NCBI GenBank assembly: GCA_028694995.1
Contig: JAQVJU010000001.1
Coordinates: forward strand, 15,314 to 79,313
DNA from: Minisyncoccota bacterium
GTDB taxonomy: Bacteria; Patescibacteriota; Minisyncoccia; UBA6257
Length of the DNA: 64,000 nucleotides
Direction of reading: 5' to 3'
A model generated the notes under the pieces. The model saw only the letters and a list, made by a program, of their open reading frames with translations. It had not been told where the DNA came from and did not search any database. The position numbers and the translations under genes were made by a program. Below are positions 27,963 to 36,587 of the stretch, piece after piece. The first letter of the stretch is position 1. Every line of letters begins with the position of its first letter.

Positions 27963-28529
27963 TTATTTACTTTTTAATGTTGTTTTAATAATTTTTGGTA
28001 TTTTCTTATAAAAACCTTCTTTTTTAGAAGGGGCTAAAAGAAAATAATCTGATTTTGAATCTAAATCTAAATATTCATCAACAATTTCTTTTAAATGAAA
28101 TGAGGTTGTCTTACCAAAAGCCATAACCTCAACATACTTACCTAAGGCTCGTAAATATTCTACTAGAGGAATAAAATCACCATCACCAGTTATTAAAACA
28201 AAAGCATCCACATTAGAAGCCAATCTGACAGCATCAATGGCAAGGCCCACATCCCAATCTCCTTTTTTTGTCCCATCAGGATAAACCTGAAGATCTTTGA
28301 CTCTTACTTCTATACCTGATTTTTCTAAAGCATCAAAAAAAGAAGCCTCACCTGGCTCATCTGCTTTTGCCACATAGGCAATTGCTCTGATTAATTGACG
28401 ACCAGCTACAGCTTCTAAAAGAAGATTTTTAAAATTTACTCGCGCCCCATAAAGATTTTTTGCAGAATGATAAAGATTTTGCACATCAATCAAAACCACT
28501 ACTCGTTGATTTTTATTCCTAATTGTCAT
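27963..28529 (-). CDS. NYN/LabA-like domain protein (predicted RNase fold), located between rpsO and pnp
   Basis: VVVLIDVQNLY...GDWDVGLAIDAV...VLITGDGDFIPLV matches the NYN (PF01936) acidic-residue pattern. Confidence 0.65.
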   Translation of the reverse strand: MTIRNKNQRVVVLIDVQNLYHSAKNLYGARVNFKNLLLEAVAGRQLIRAIAYVAKADEPGEASFFDALEKSGIEVRVKDLQVYPDGTKKGDWDVGLAIDAVRLASNVDAFVLITGDGDFIPLVEYLRALGKYVEVMAFGKTTSFHLKEIVDEYLDLDSKSDYFLLAPSKKEGFYKKIPKIIKTTLKSK

Positions 28530-28566
28530 AAAAAATATTTTTAAAATTACTACTAAGCAGCATTTA

Positions 28567-28827
28567 TTATAGCTCTAACTTTTTTACAACTTTATTATAA
28601 CGACGAACTGAGGTTTTTTTTAAATAAGAAAGAAGCCTTCTTCTTTCAGAAATCATGCTTAAAAGACCTCTCCTTGAATGATAGTCTTTAGCATGTTCTT
28701 TTAAATGCTTGCTTAATAATTGTATTTTTTTTGTTAATAAAGCTATCTGCACTTCAGGAGAACCTGTATCTTTTTTATGAGTAGCAAATTCTTTAATAAC
28801 TTTTTCTTTTTGTTTTGTGTTTAGCAT
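28567..28827 (-). CDS. rpsO: 30S ribosomal protein S15
   Basis: 86 aa; ...DTGSPEVQIALLT..I..L..HLK.H.KD.HSRRGLL...RRRLL.YL. Confidence 0.9.
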   Translation of the reverse strand: MLNTKQKEKVIKEFATHKKDTGSPEVQIALLTKKIQLLSKHLKEHAKDYHSRRGLLSMISERRRLLSYLKKTSVRRYNKVVKKLEL

Positions 28828-28881
28828 ATCTCTGTATTTTTATATTATCACAATCCCTTAATAAAATCAATCTTGGACTTA

Positions 28882-28906
28882 AAAACCTCTCATTAAGAGG
28901 TTTTTT
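28882..28906. terminator. bidirectional rho-independent terminator between tRNA-Ser and rpsO
   Basis: AAAACCTCT-CATTA-AGAGGTTTT with T-tract 3' on both strands. Confidence 0.6.
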
Positions 28907-29083
28907 GCAATTTAATTCATCTTTTTTTATTTTTAAGCCCAATTAGAAAGAATTATATATCTATATCTAAATTTTAAATACATTTTTAAAATAACTTCCA
29001 GAACAATTTTTCTGAGTTTATTTTTTTATATTCTATGTTTTATTATTATAAAATAATAAATTTTAAATCTGATTAATGAAATG

Positions 29084-29171
29084 CGGAGGGTGTGGGATTC
29101 GAACCCACGGGTCGCTTTTAGACGACCACGGTTTAGCAAACCGCTGCTTTGGACCACTCAGCCAACCCTCC
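29084..29171 (-). tRNA. tRNA-Ser (anticodon GCU), type II, no CCA encoded
   Basis: Reverse complement GGAGGGT-TG-GCTGAGTGGTCCAAAGC-A-GCGGT-TTGCTAA-ACCGT- long variable arm -GTGGG-TTCGAAT-CCCAC-ACCCTCC-G. Confidence 0.85.
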
Positions 29172-29377
29172 TTAAGATATAATTTACATTAAGTTTATCT
29201 AAAAATAATTTAAAAAGCAACTTTTAAATTAAAAATAGGTTTTTAAAAATAAATTTATTATAAAAGTTGAAATTTGAACTTGGGTTTAAAAACTTGACAA
29301 ATAATTATAGTATGATAAAATAAAACCAGTTATCTCCCAAAAAGGGAGTTTTTTAATACGAAAAACTAATAGAAATC

Positions 29378-29911
29378 ATGAATAATAGTGATGAATCGTC
29401 TAAAATAGGCTTATTAGCTATTATCTTATTCTTTAGTCTAATAAGCTTCTGGCCAAGATTTTTAGTTGAAGGTTCTCCTTTTATGACTATTCAACAAAGC
29501 ATAAATGAACCAATCCAACAAGATCTTGAAACAAACAATCTTGCAAAAGAAGAAATTGATCCTTATTACATCTCTAATAATACTTTCTTCTCTCCAATTA
29601 ATACTCCGGTATTAATTCAAGTTAAAAAAGTATATGCTACAGCCTATTCTTCAACTCCAGACCAAACAGATGGTGATCCTTTTACCACTGCTTCTGGTGC
29701 TCATGTTTATGATGGGGTTTTAGCTGCTAATTTCTTATCTTTTAATACCAAGGTAAGAATTCCAGAAGTCTTTGGTGATAAGATATTCATTGTTGAAGAT
29801 AGAATGAATTCACGATTTGGAGATAATAGGATTGATATCTGGTTTCCAGATAGAACTTCAGCTCAAGAATTCGGAATCCAGGAAACTACAATTGAGATTT
29901 TAAATTATTAA
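29378..29911 (+). CDS. secreted 3D-domain protein (MltA/YoaR-like cell-wall binding domain)
   Basis: Signal/anchor helix, then YATAYSSTPDQTDGDPFTTASGAHVYDGVLAANFLSFNTKVRIPEVFGDKIFIVEDRMNSRFGDNRIDIWFPD (3D-domain Asp pattern). Confidence 0.6.
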   Translation: MNNSDESSKIGLLAIILFFSLISFWPRFLVEGSPFMTIQQSINEPIQQDLETNNLAKEEIDPYYISNNTFFSPINTPVLIQVKKVYATAYSSTPDQTDGDPFTTASGAHVYDGVLAANFLSFNTKVRIPEVFGDKIFIVEDRMNSRFGDNRIDIWFPDRTSAQEFGIQETTIEILNY

Positions 29912-29926
29912 TTAAATCAGGAAAAC

Positions 29927-29953
29927 AAAAACCCGGCTTTTGCCGGGTTTTTT
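29927..29953 (+). terminator. rho-independent terminator of the 3D-domain gene
   Basis: AAAACCCGGC-TTTT-GCCGGGTTTTTT. Confidence 0.8.
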
Positions 29954-30092
29954 AGTGCAATATCCTTGAATTAGTCCGAACGCATTTCGCCGCCTGCGAC
30001 GGTGAGAAAATCCCCCAACGAAAAATCTGAGGGGCAGCAAAGTCACACCGCTGACAATTTTAAGTTTTTCTTAGGCGACAAATTCTTAAAAA

Positions 30093-30689
30093 TTATTCTT
30101 TTGAAAGATACTTGCTTTTCAAAAAATTTGTAAAATCTGCCATCTCTCTTTGATAAAGAGCAAGTTTTTGTTTTTTTTCTTCAGGAGTCAAAATAACTGT
30201 CATTTCCGCTCCAAAACTTTGAATACGAAAACCACCAAAGATTCCCATTCTACTGAAAGTAAGCCTGGCGTCAAATGGAATTTCTCGTCCTTTGTAAAAT
30301 TCTTCCAAAAATCCCATCATCTTTCGTTGCTGTTTAAAGTTTGTAATTCTCCATTCTTGCTCCAACTGTTCTTTCTTGTTACCCTTTGCCTTACTCCATC
30401 CCTCTGGCTCAGGCGAATATATATCAACCCATGGATATAGCAAACCATGTTGTTCTTCTCCCTCCTTGGTTATATGGCCCTCACAAGAGGCGTCCGTGGT
30501 AAATTCATGAACCAAAAAAGCAGCGACAGTTTCTTTGATTTTCTCATCAACTCCCTTGTCAAGGCGATCAGCTGTATGCTCAACTTCTGCTAATTTTTGT
30601 TCCCACGCAATCTCTTTTTCAGATTTAACAAGCTCTCCCTGTCCTTGCTCAGGAGGTTCGGGATTAAAATTTGATCGTTCTAGATACAT
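30093..30689 (-). CDS. hypothetical acidic protein (198 aa), compositionally atypical (GC ~40%)
   Basis: Intact ORF with no TM and no recognisable motif; GC clearly above its surroundings. Confidence 0.45.
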   Translation of the reverse strand: MYLERSNFNPEPPEQGQGELVKSEKEIAWEQKLAEVEHTADRLDKGVDEKIKETVAAFLVHEFTTDASCEGHITKEGEEQHGLLYPWVDIYSPEPEGWSKAKGNKKEQLEQEWRITNFKQQRKMMGFLEEFYKGREIPFDARLTFSRMGIFGGFRIQSFGAEMTVILTPEEKKQKLALYQREMADFTNFLKSKYLSKE

Positions 30690-30749
30690 ATGATTAAAAA
30701 ATTTTCTTCCCTAAAAATTAAATATAGTTCGAGCCAATGTTTTTCTACG

Positions 30750-30836
30750 TGGTGCCCAGGGTGGGACTCGAACCCACAAGCTTATAAAAGCCAAGCATTT
30801 TAAGTGCTTTGCGTATACCGATTCCGCCACCTGGGC
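30750..30836 (-). tRNA. tRNA-Leu (anticodon UAA), type II, CCA encoded
   Basis: Reverse complement GCCCAGG-TG-GCG..CGC-A-AAGCA-CTTAAAA-TGCTT- long variable arm -GTGGG-TTCGAGT-CCCAC-CCTGGGC-ACCA. Confidence 0.85.
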
Positions 30837-30902
30837 TTTTTATATCTTAATAATTAAGATAAAGGATATGTAAATTTTCTAAGATTATATATTTTCTTCT
30901 TG

Positions 30903-30974
30903 AGGCGCGGGAGGGAATCGAACCCTCGCATCGAGGTTTTGCAGACCCCAGCGTTTCCACTTCGCCACCGCGCC
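30903..30974 (-). tRNA. tRNA-Cys (anticodon GCA), U73 discriminator, no CCA encoded
   Basis: Reverse complement GGCGCGG-TG-GCGAAGTGGAAACGC-T-GGGGT-CTGCAAA-ACCTC-GATG-CGAGGG-TTCGATT-CCCTC-CCGCGCC-T. Confidence 0.85.
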
Positions 30975-30988
30975 ACAAGTTTATCTTA

Positions 30989-32467
30989 TTAAATTTTTCT
31001 AAAAAATACAAGCCGATCTCCTTGCTCTATGGTTTTTGAACAGGAAACTAAAAGTCCACATTCTTCTCCTCTTTTAACTTCTGAAACTTCAATTCGATTT
31101 TTTTGTAAATTTAAGATTCTTCCTTGAGCTATTGTTTCTTCATTACGCACTAAATAAAAAGTATTTTTACCTTGAGCCTTGCCCTCAATTATCTTACCAC
31201 CAATTAATTGATTACCTTTAATGGGATTAAAAATAGCTAAAACTTCTAATTTGCCAAGGATTTCTTCTGTAGGTTTTTCTATAAATTTATGTTTTATCAA
31301 TTCTTCTGCTTTATCTTTGATTTCATAGATAATATCACCTTCAATTAAGTACAAATTATCTCTTGTTAATAATAAATTACTAATCTCAGGTTTTCTTTTA
31401 ACTCGAAAACCAATAATTAAAGCATCTTTAGAAGGAGTCAATTTAAAATCATTTTCAGATATATCACCAACTTCATTTTTAAAAAGCAAGAAAAGCCATT
31501 TATTATCTATACCAATTTGTTTTATAATTTCCTCTAAGGCTTCACCTGAGCCAACCGTATCACTTTTTATAATCAAAGGAATTTCAATTTCAGAATCTTT
31601 ATTGCCTAATTCTTTAATAATTTGACTAGATGTTTTAATAGGCTCTAATACTTCTATCTCTGTTTTTCCTGCATAGAAAGTTTCACCAACTGGGGCTAAT
31701 CCTTCAAGCCCAACCACTCTTACTGGCGCAGAAAAGGTTGCTTTTATTATAGGTTTTCCTTTAAAGTTTTCCAATATTTTTACTTTGCCTGAAATATTTC
31801 CCACTATAATTTCATCTTTTAAATGAAGAGTGCCATCAGTAATAATCAAACTAGCAGTATTGCCTCTAAAGCGGTCTAAACGAGATTCTATTACAATACC
31901 TGAGGCTGCATTATTAGGATTGGCTTTTAGTTCTTGCATTTCTGATAAAAGAATCACTAATTCTAAAAGCTCATCAACCCCTTCTCCAGTTTTTGAAGAA
32001 ACCCCAACACAAGGCACATCTCCACCACGCCCTTCTAGTAAAACACCTAATTCACTTAATTCATTTTTAACTTTTTCTAAATTAGCTGTTGGTTTGTCTA
32101 TTTTAGTCAAAGCAATAATAAAAGGAATTTCTGCATTTTTAATAATATCAAAAGATTCTTTTGTTTGTAATTTAATACCTTCTTCTGCAGCAACAACTAA
32201 AATCGCAATATCAGCAACTTTAGCTCCACGAGAACGAATCTTAAAAAAAGCTTCATGTCCTGGAGTGTCAATAAAGGTAATCTTATGTTTATCAACCTCT
32301 ATCTCATAAGCTCCTATGTGCTGAGTAATCCCTCCTGTTTCTTCATCAACAATCTTTGTCTTTTTAATATAATCTAAAAGACTAGTTTTTCCATGATCAA
32401 CATGACCTAAAACTACAATAACTGGAGGACGGGAAATTAAGCCTGGTTGTATGCCTTTGTTTTTCAT
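30989..32467 (-). CDS. infB: translation initiation factor IF-2, short form (493 aa; ORF-track start trimmed to clear the tRNA-Ser gene)
   Basis: G domain VIVVLGHVDHGKTSLLDYI, DTPGHEAF, TKIDK; C-terminal IF-2 beta-barrel domains. The long N-terminal region of canonical IF-2 is absent. Confidence 0.85.
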   Translation of the reverse strand: MKNKGIQPGLISRPPVIVVLGHVDHGKTSLLDYIKKTKIVDEETGGITQHIGAYEIEVDKHKITFIDTPGHEAFFKIRSRGAKVADIAILVVAAEEGIKLQTKESFDIIKNAEIPFIIALTKIDKPTANLEKVKNELSELGVLLEGRGGDVPCVGVSSKTGEGVDELLELVILLSEMQELKANPNNAASGIVIESRLDRFRGNTASLIITDGTLHLKDEIIVGNISGKVKILENFKGKPIIKATFSAPVRVVGLEGLAPVGETFYAGKTEIEVLEPIKTSSQIIKELGNKDSEIEIPLIIKSDTVGSGEALEEIIKQIGIDNKWLFLLFKNEVGDISENDFKLTPSKDALIIGFRVKRKPEISNLLLTRDNLYLIEGDIIYEIKDKAEELIKHKFIEKPTEEILGKLEVLAIFNPIKGNQLIGGKIIEGKAQGKNTFYLVRNEETIAQGRILNLQKNRIEVSEVKRGEECGLLVSCSKTIEQGDRLVFFRKI

Positions 32468-32482
32468 AATAAATAAAATGAG

Positions 32483-32564
32483 CGGAGGAGACAGGACTCG
32501 AACCTGCAAGCCCTTACGGGCACCAGTTTTCAAGACTGGCGCATTACCATTCTGCCACTCCTCC
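32483..32564 (-). tRNA. tRNA-Ser (anticodon UGA), type II, no CCA encoded
   Basis: Reverse complement GGAGGAG-TG-GCAGAATGGTAATGC-G-CCAGT-CTTGAAA-ACTGG- long variable arm -GCAGG-TTCGAGT-CCTGT-CTCCTCC-G. Confidence 0.8.
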
Positions 32565-32574
32565 AAAATGGTCG

Positions 32575-32645
32575 TGCCCCTACCAGGATTCGAACCTGGA
32601 TTAATGGCTTAAGAGGCCACTACTCTACCGTTGAGTTATAGGGGC
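32575..32645 (-). tRNA. tRNA-Lys (anticodon CUU), no CCA encoded
   Basis: Reverse complement GCCCCTA-TA-ACTCAACGGTAGAGT-A-GTGGC-CTCTTAA-GCCAT-TAAT-CCAGG-TTCGAAT-CCTGG-TAGGGGC-A. Confidence 0.8.
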
Positions 32646-32969
32646 ATCAGTATTTTATTCTTAAAATAGTTTAAGTGCACTTTGTCGCCTACAACAATAA
32701 CAATCAGATTCTAAGAACTTAAGTAACTACTCCGTAAACTTAAATAATTTTAAGTTTTTCTGTAAACTAATCGTAACTCATTACAATAAATTTTTCAAGA
32801 AAAATGAGATTAACAAATTTACTGCCTTGTAATAAATGCCTTAGCTCTTTTGTCACAAGAAAAGCCCTCTTTGGAATTTTCGTTATTAATGAATCCCTTA
32901 GAGGGCATGAGTACAAACAAGAGTACAAAATAGAAAAGTATTATCATAGGCAGGAAAGCCCCTCCTCTC

Positions 32970-33665
32970 TCATCTGTATAGGATATCGGTACCGATCACG
33001 ACAAGGTTCTTCTTAGAATGACCAAGCTTGATGGGTTCATGTCTCCTAACGACAACTTTGTGCATGTCATCAGTAAGTGTAAGCAATACTAATTCTCTGT
33101 TCCAGCACCGACTGGTTTTCGGTTTTTGAGGAAAACTCTCTTCTGTCTCGTTTTGCCATCCCCAAATGCTCCCGTCTTTTTCAATCCCGTACCCAGCCTG
33201 ATAGTCACCGTCAGAGTTCTCTTCTATCCAAATCCACCAGCTCCAGAGGCTTTCATCTTTTTCAATACTGAACTCAAGACTATATTTACCAATATAATAC
33301 GATGTCTTCGAGAACAAAGCCTCGGGCTTCTGTCCGTTGGCCGGATAGAAATTAATATAATAGAACTTTTTATCTCCATCCTTTTTCTCCATCACAACAA
33401 CTTTTGCGGGCTGCCAGACGGCTTTAATTAAAGTATTTTTGGCTTTGTAGATATCTTCCCAGGAATCCTCTGGATTAATTGCTTTTGCCGCTTGGAGCGT
33501 AGTAAGCCGATAATCTGAGATGAAGAAATTATGCCCAACTCTAACTCCACCACCTGTGGACTGAATTACAAACCGCACAAAGTCCTTGTCATCAACTAAA
33601 AAGTTGTTAACGTTAATCTCTATTCGTACATTCGCCACTACCTGAATCAACATCTGATTTTCCAT
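32970..33665 (-). CDS. hypothetical Trp-rich acidic protein (231 aa), compositionally atypical (GC ~45%), strong SD AAGGAGG
   Basis: Intact ORF preceded by AAAGGAGGGGTATCATG on the minus strand; internal degenerate repeat EKDESLWSWWIWIEENSDGDY / EKDGSIWGWQNETEES; no known family. Confidence 0.45.
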   Translation of the reverse strand: MENQMLIQVVANVRIEINVNNFLVDDKDFVRFVIQSTGGGVRVGHNFFISDYRLTTLQAAKAINPEDSWEDIYKAKNTLIKAVWQPAKVVVMEKKDGDKKFYYINFYPANGQKPEALFSKTSYYIGKYSLEFSIEKDESLWSWWIWIEENSDGDYQAGYGIEKDGSIWGWQNETEESFPQKPKTSRCWNRELVLLTLTDDMHKVVVRRHEPIKLGHSKKNLVVIGTDILYR

Positions 33666-34067
33666 GATACCCCTCCTTTTTTACCCATAGGATTGAATTT
33701 GTCTTTACAGACATCCATGGGCAGGAATCGTCGCGACCATGCAATAATTACCACTCACCGTGAGTAGTATACTGAATACCAAAAATTTGATATCCAAAAC
33801 ACTACTCACTTAAGTGGTAAAGAAGAAGTGACTTTCCTTTTTCATTTTTTTAATGTGCTAATTGTATTTGAAATAAGATTCTTGAAACTTTCCTTAAAAA
33901 CCTATCTCTCTTATTTTAACGCTACTTTCTAACGTTATTAGTATTGAAGATATTGTAAGATTTGTCATGATGTTGAGAAATATCTGTTAAAAAGTAACTT
34001 TTTGATAAAAACAGAAATTATTGTTGTTAATTTTTAATTAGGTAAAGCAAAAACTGAAATTTAATAC

Positions 34068-34144
34068 TGGTGCCCTCGGCAGGAGTCGAACCTGCAATCT
34101 TCTGTTCCGAAGACAGAAATGTTATCCAGTTACACCACGAGGGC
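34068..34144 (-). tRNA. tRNA-Arg (anticodon UCG), CCA encoded
   Basis: Reverse complement GCCCTCG-TG-GTGTAACTGGATAACAT-T-TCTGT-CTTCGGA-ACAGA-AGATT-GCAGG-TTCGACT-CCTGC-CGAGGGC-ACCA. Confidence 0.85.
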
Positions 34145-34223
34145 TCATTGAAAAATAGAGTGTTTTACTCTATGATTAAAGAAGAATCTTTGGTTTTTTA
34201 ATTATAATGAAAAATCCGTAATT

Positions 34224-35723
34224 ATGCAAATCCCTAAAGAAATTTTAAACATCTTAGAAAAGCTTACCAAAGCTAATTTTGAAGCTTATATTGTTGGCGG
34301 TTGTGTCAGAGACCTGCTTATTCATCCTGCTCAAAACCCTAAAGATTGGGATATTGCCACTAATGCCCTACCTGAACAAATCCAAGCAATCTTCCCTGAT
34401 AGTCTATATGAGAATAATTTTGGCACCATAGCAGTAAAAACAAGATCAAAAGATCCAACTTTAAAGATAATAGAAATTACCACTTTCCGAAAAGAAGGAA
34501 AATACACTGATAAAAGACATCCAGATAAGATTCAATTTGCAAAAACAATAGAAGAAGATCTTTGTCGTCGTGATTTTACTATTAATACCATAGCTCTAAA
34601 AATTGAAACTTTTAAAAGCCAAAAACCAAAGTTTCAAATTATAGACCTGTATAATGGACAAAAAGATTTAAAAAACAAGATTATCCGAACAGTTGGTGAT
34701 CCAACAAATCGTTTTCAAGAAGATGGGTTAAGGTTAATGCGAGCTATTCGTTTAGCTTGCGAATTGAATTTTGAAATTGAACCTGAAACTCAAAAAGCTA
34801 TCAAAGCAAATTCTTCACTTTTGTCTTTTATCTCCAAGGAAAGAATCCGGGATGAATTTATTAAAATTATTAACACTCGACAAGCTGCTCAAGGAGTCTT
34901 GTTATTAAAAGAAACTAACTTATTAAAAGAAATCATCCCGGAAATAGAAGAATCAATAGGCGTTACCCAAAACAAACATCATATTTATACTGTTTGGGAG
35001 CATTTATGGCGCTCTTTAGATTATGCCGCTAAAAAAAATTTCAGTTTAGAAGTAAGATTAGCTAGTTTATTCCATGACATTGGTAAGCCTCAGGTTAAAC
35101 AGGGCGAGGGAATAGATTCTACTTTTTATAACCATGAATGGGTAGGAACTAAAATCTCAGCTAAAATTTTTAATCGGTTAAAATTCCCAAAATCCATTTC
35201 AGAAAAAACCCTTAAGTTAATCCGTTATCATCAATTTGTTTATGACCCAGAAATTACTACTGATGCTGCAATCCGAAGATTATTAGTCAAGGTTGGGAAA
35301 GAAAACATCCAAGAATTAGCCCAGGTAAGAGAAGCGGATCGTATTGGTTCTGGGTGCCCTAAAGCCTTGCCTTTTCGTTTACGCCATTTTCTTTTTCGTG
35401 TAGAAAAAGTTTTACAAGAACTAGAAGGAAACCAACCTTCTTTAAAAATTTTAAAGATAAATGGCAATGATCTTATCAAAAATCTAAAACTACAACCAGG
35501 ACCAAAGATTGGAGCTATTTTAAGCATTCTCTTAGAAGAAATTTTAGATAACCCTGAGAAAAATAATAAGAAAGATTTAGAAAAACTTGCTAAAGAATTA
35601 ATTGAATTACCAGAAAAAGAATTAATTAAAAAAAGAAAAATTGCTGAAAAAAAATATCAAAATCTCTTAGAAGAAGAGGAGATAAAAATTAAGAAAAAAT
35701 ACTATGTAGATAACGGGGCGTAG
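34224..35723 (+). CDS. cca: CCA-adding tRNA nucleotidyltransferase with HD domain
   Basis: Pol-beta-like head (FEAYIVGGCVRDLLI...DWDIAT), tRNA-NT domain, C-terminal HD (HHIYTVWEH...LFHDIGKP). Confidence 0.8.
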   Translation: MQIPKEILNILEKLTKANFEAYIVGGCVRDLLIHPAQNPKDWDIATNALPEQIQAIFPDSLYENNFGTIAVKTRSKDPTLKIIEITTFRKEGKYTDKRHPDKIQFAKTIEEDLCRRDFTINTIALKIETFKSQKPKFQIIDLYNGQKDLKNKIIRTVGDPTNRFQEDGLRLMRAIRLACELNFEIEPETQKAIKANSSLLSFISKERIRDEFIKIINTRQAAQGVLLLKETNLLKEIIPEIEESIGVTQNKHHIYTVWEHLWRSLDYAAKKNFSLEVRLASLFHDIGKPQVKQGEGIDSTFYNHEWVGTKISAKIFNRLKFPKSISEKTLKLIRYHQFVYDPEITTDAAIRRLLVKVGKENIQELAQVREADRIGSGCPKALPFRLRHFLFRVEKVLQELEGNQPSLKILKINGNDLIKNLKLQPGPKIGAILSILLEEILDNPEKNNKKDLEKLAKELIELPEKELIKKRKIAEKKYQNLLEEEEIKIKKKYYVDNGA

Positions 35724-35786
35724 TGTAGAGGCTAACACGCAGCGTTCGGGACGCTGAGATCGTGGGTTCAAATCCCGCCGCCCCGA
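35714..35786 (+). tRNA. tRNA-Pro (anticodon CGG), no CCA encoded; overlaps the cca stop codon
   Basis: CGGGGCG-TA-GTGTAGAGGCTAACAC-G-CAGCG-TTCGGGA-CGCTG-AGATC-GTGGG-TTCAAAT-CCCGC-CGCCCCG-A. Confidence 0.8.
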
Positions 35787-35798
35787 CTTAATAATATT

Positions 35799-36572
35799 AT
35801 GAATTTATTTCAAACTATTGTTCTAAGTATTGTCCAAGGAATAACAGAGTTCTTGCCTGTTTCTAGTTCTGGCCATTTAGCTGTTCTTCAAACTATTTGG
35901 CAATTACCAGAATCTTCTATTGCCTTTGATACCTTACTTCATTTTGGCACTTTGGGTGCTATCTTAGCAATATTCTACAAAGACATTAAAGCAATTATTG
36001 AAAATAAAAACTGGAAAATAATTAAACTACTTATCATTGGCACTTTACCAGCAGCAATTTTTGGTTTGCTTTTTAAATCATTTATTGAAACTAAATTTAG
36101 CTCTTTAAAGTTTATTGGCTTTGCTTTTTTAATAACTGCCCTGTTTCTTTTCCTAACTAGATTTGCAACAAGATTCTCTGAGAAAAACCAACAAAATCAA
36201 ATTGATATAGAAAGCATTTCTTTTCTAGATGCTTTGATAATAGGCATAGCTCAAGCAATAGCGCTATTTCCTGGCATTTCCCGATCTGGAATGACAATTA
36301 CTGCTGGTTTATTTAGAAAATTAGAACCAAAAACCGCTTATGAATTTTCTTTTCTTTTAGCAATTCCTGCTATCTTAGGCGCTTTTGTTTTACAAATGCC
36401 AAACTTAATCCAACAAGCACAAAATAATTACCTTCTTTATGCCTTAGGAACTTTAATTGCTTTTATTATTGGTATTATCAGCTTAAAAGTTTTATCCAAG
36501 ATACTACAAAAAGGAAAATTCTTTTGGTTTTCTTTTTATTTATTAATCCTTGGCATTTTAATTTTAATTTAA
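35799..36572 (+). CDS. uppP: undecaprenyl-diphosphate phosphatase (BacA/UppP)
   Basis: N-terminus IVQGITEFLPVSSSGHL, 8 TM helices, PGISRSG motif. Confidence 0.9.
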   Translation: MNLFQTIVLSIVQGITEFLPVSSSGHLAVLQTIWQLPESSIAFDTLLHFGTLGAILAIFYKDIKAIIENKNWKIIKLLIIGTLPAAIFGLLFKSFIETKFSSLKFIGFAFLITALFLFLTRFATRFSEKNQQNQIDIESISFLDALIIGIAQAIALFPGISRSGMTITAGLFRKLEPKTAYEFSFLLAIPAILGAFVLQMPNLIQQAQNNYLLYALGTLIAFIIGIISLKVLSKILQKGKFFWFSFYLLILGILILI

Positions 36573-36587
36573 ATAATTTTTATAAAA

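Noticed and set aside
28830-29083. Possible small gene or ncRNA in the AT-rich spacer between rpsO and tRNA-Ser
   Set aside because: The only structure is the bidirectional terminator hairpin (28882-28906). The rest is low-complexity A/T sequence with no ORF, so no conserved element is discernible.
33749-33819. Riboswitch in the leader of the 231-aa orphan gene
   Set aside because: An extended stem-loop is present, but I cannot match it to any known riboswitch consensus by eye. It is reported only as a structured leader within the island finding.
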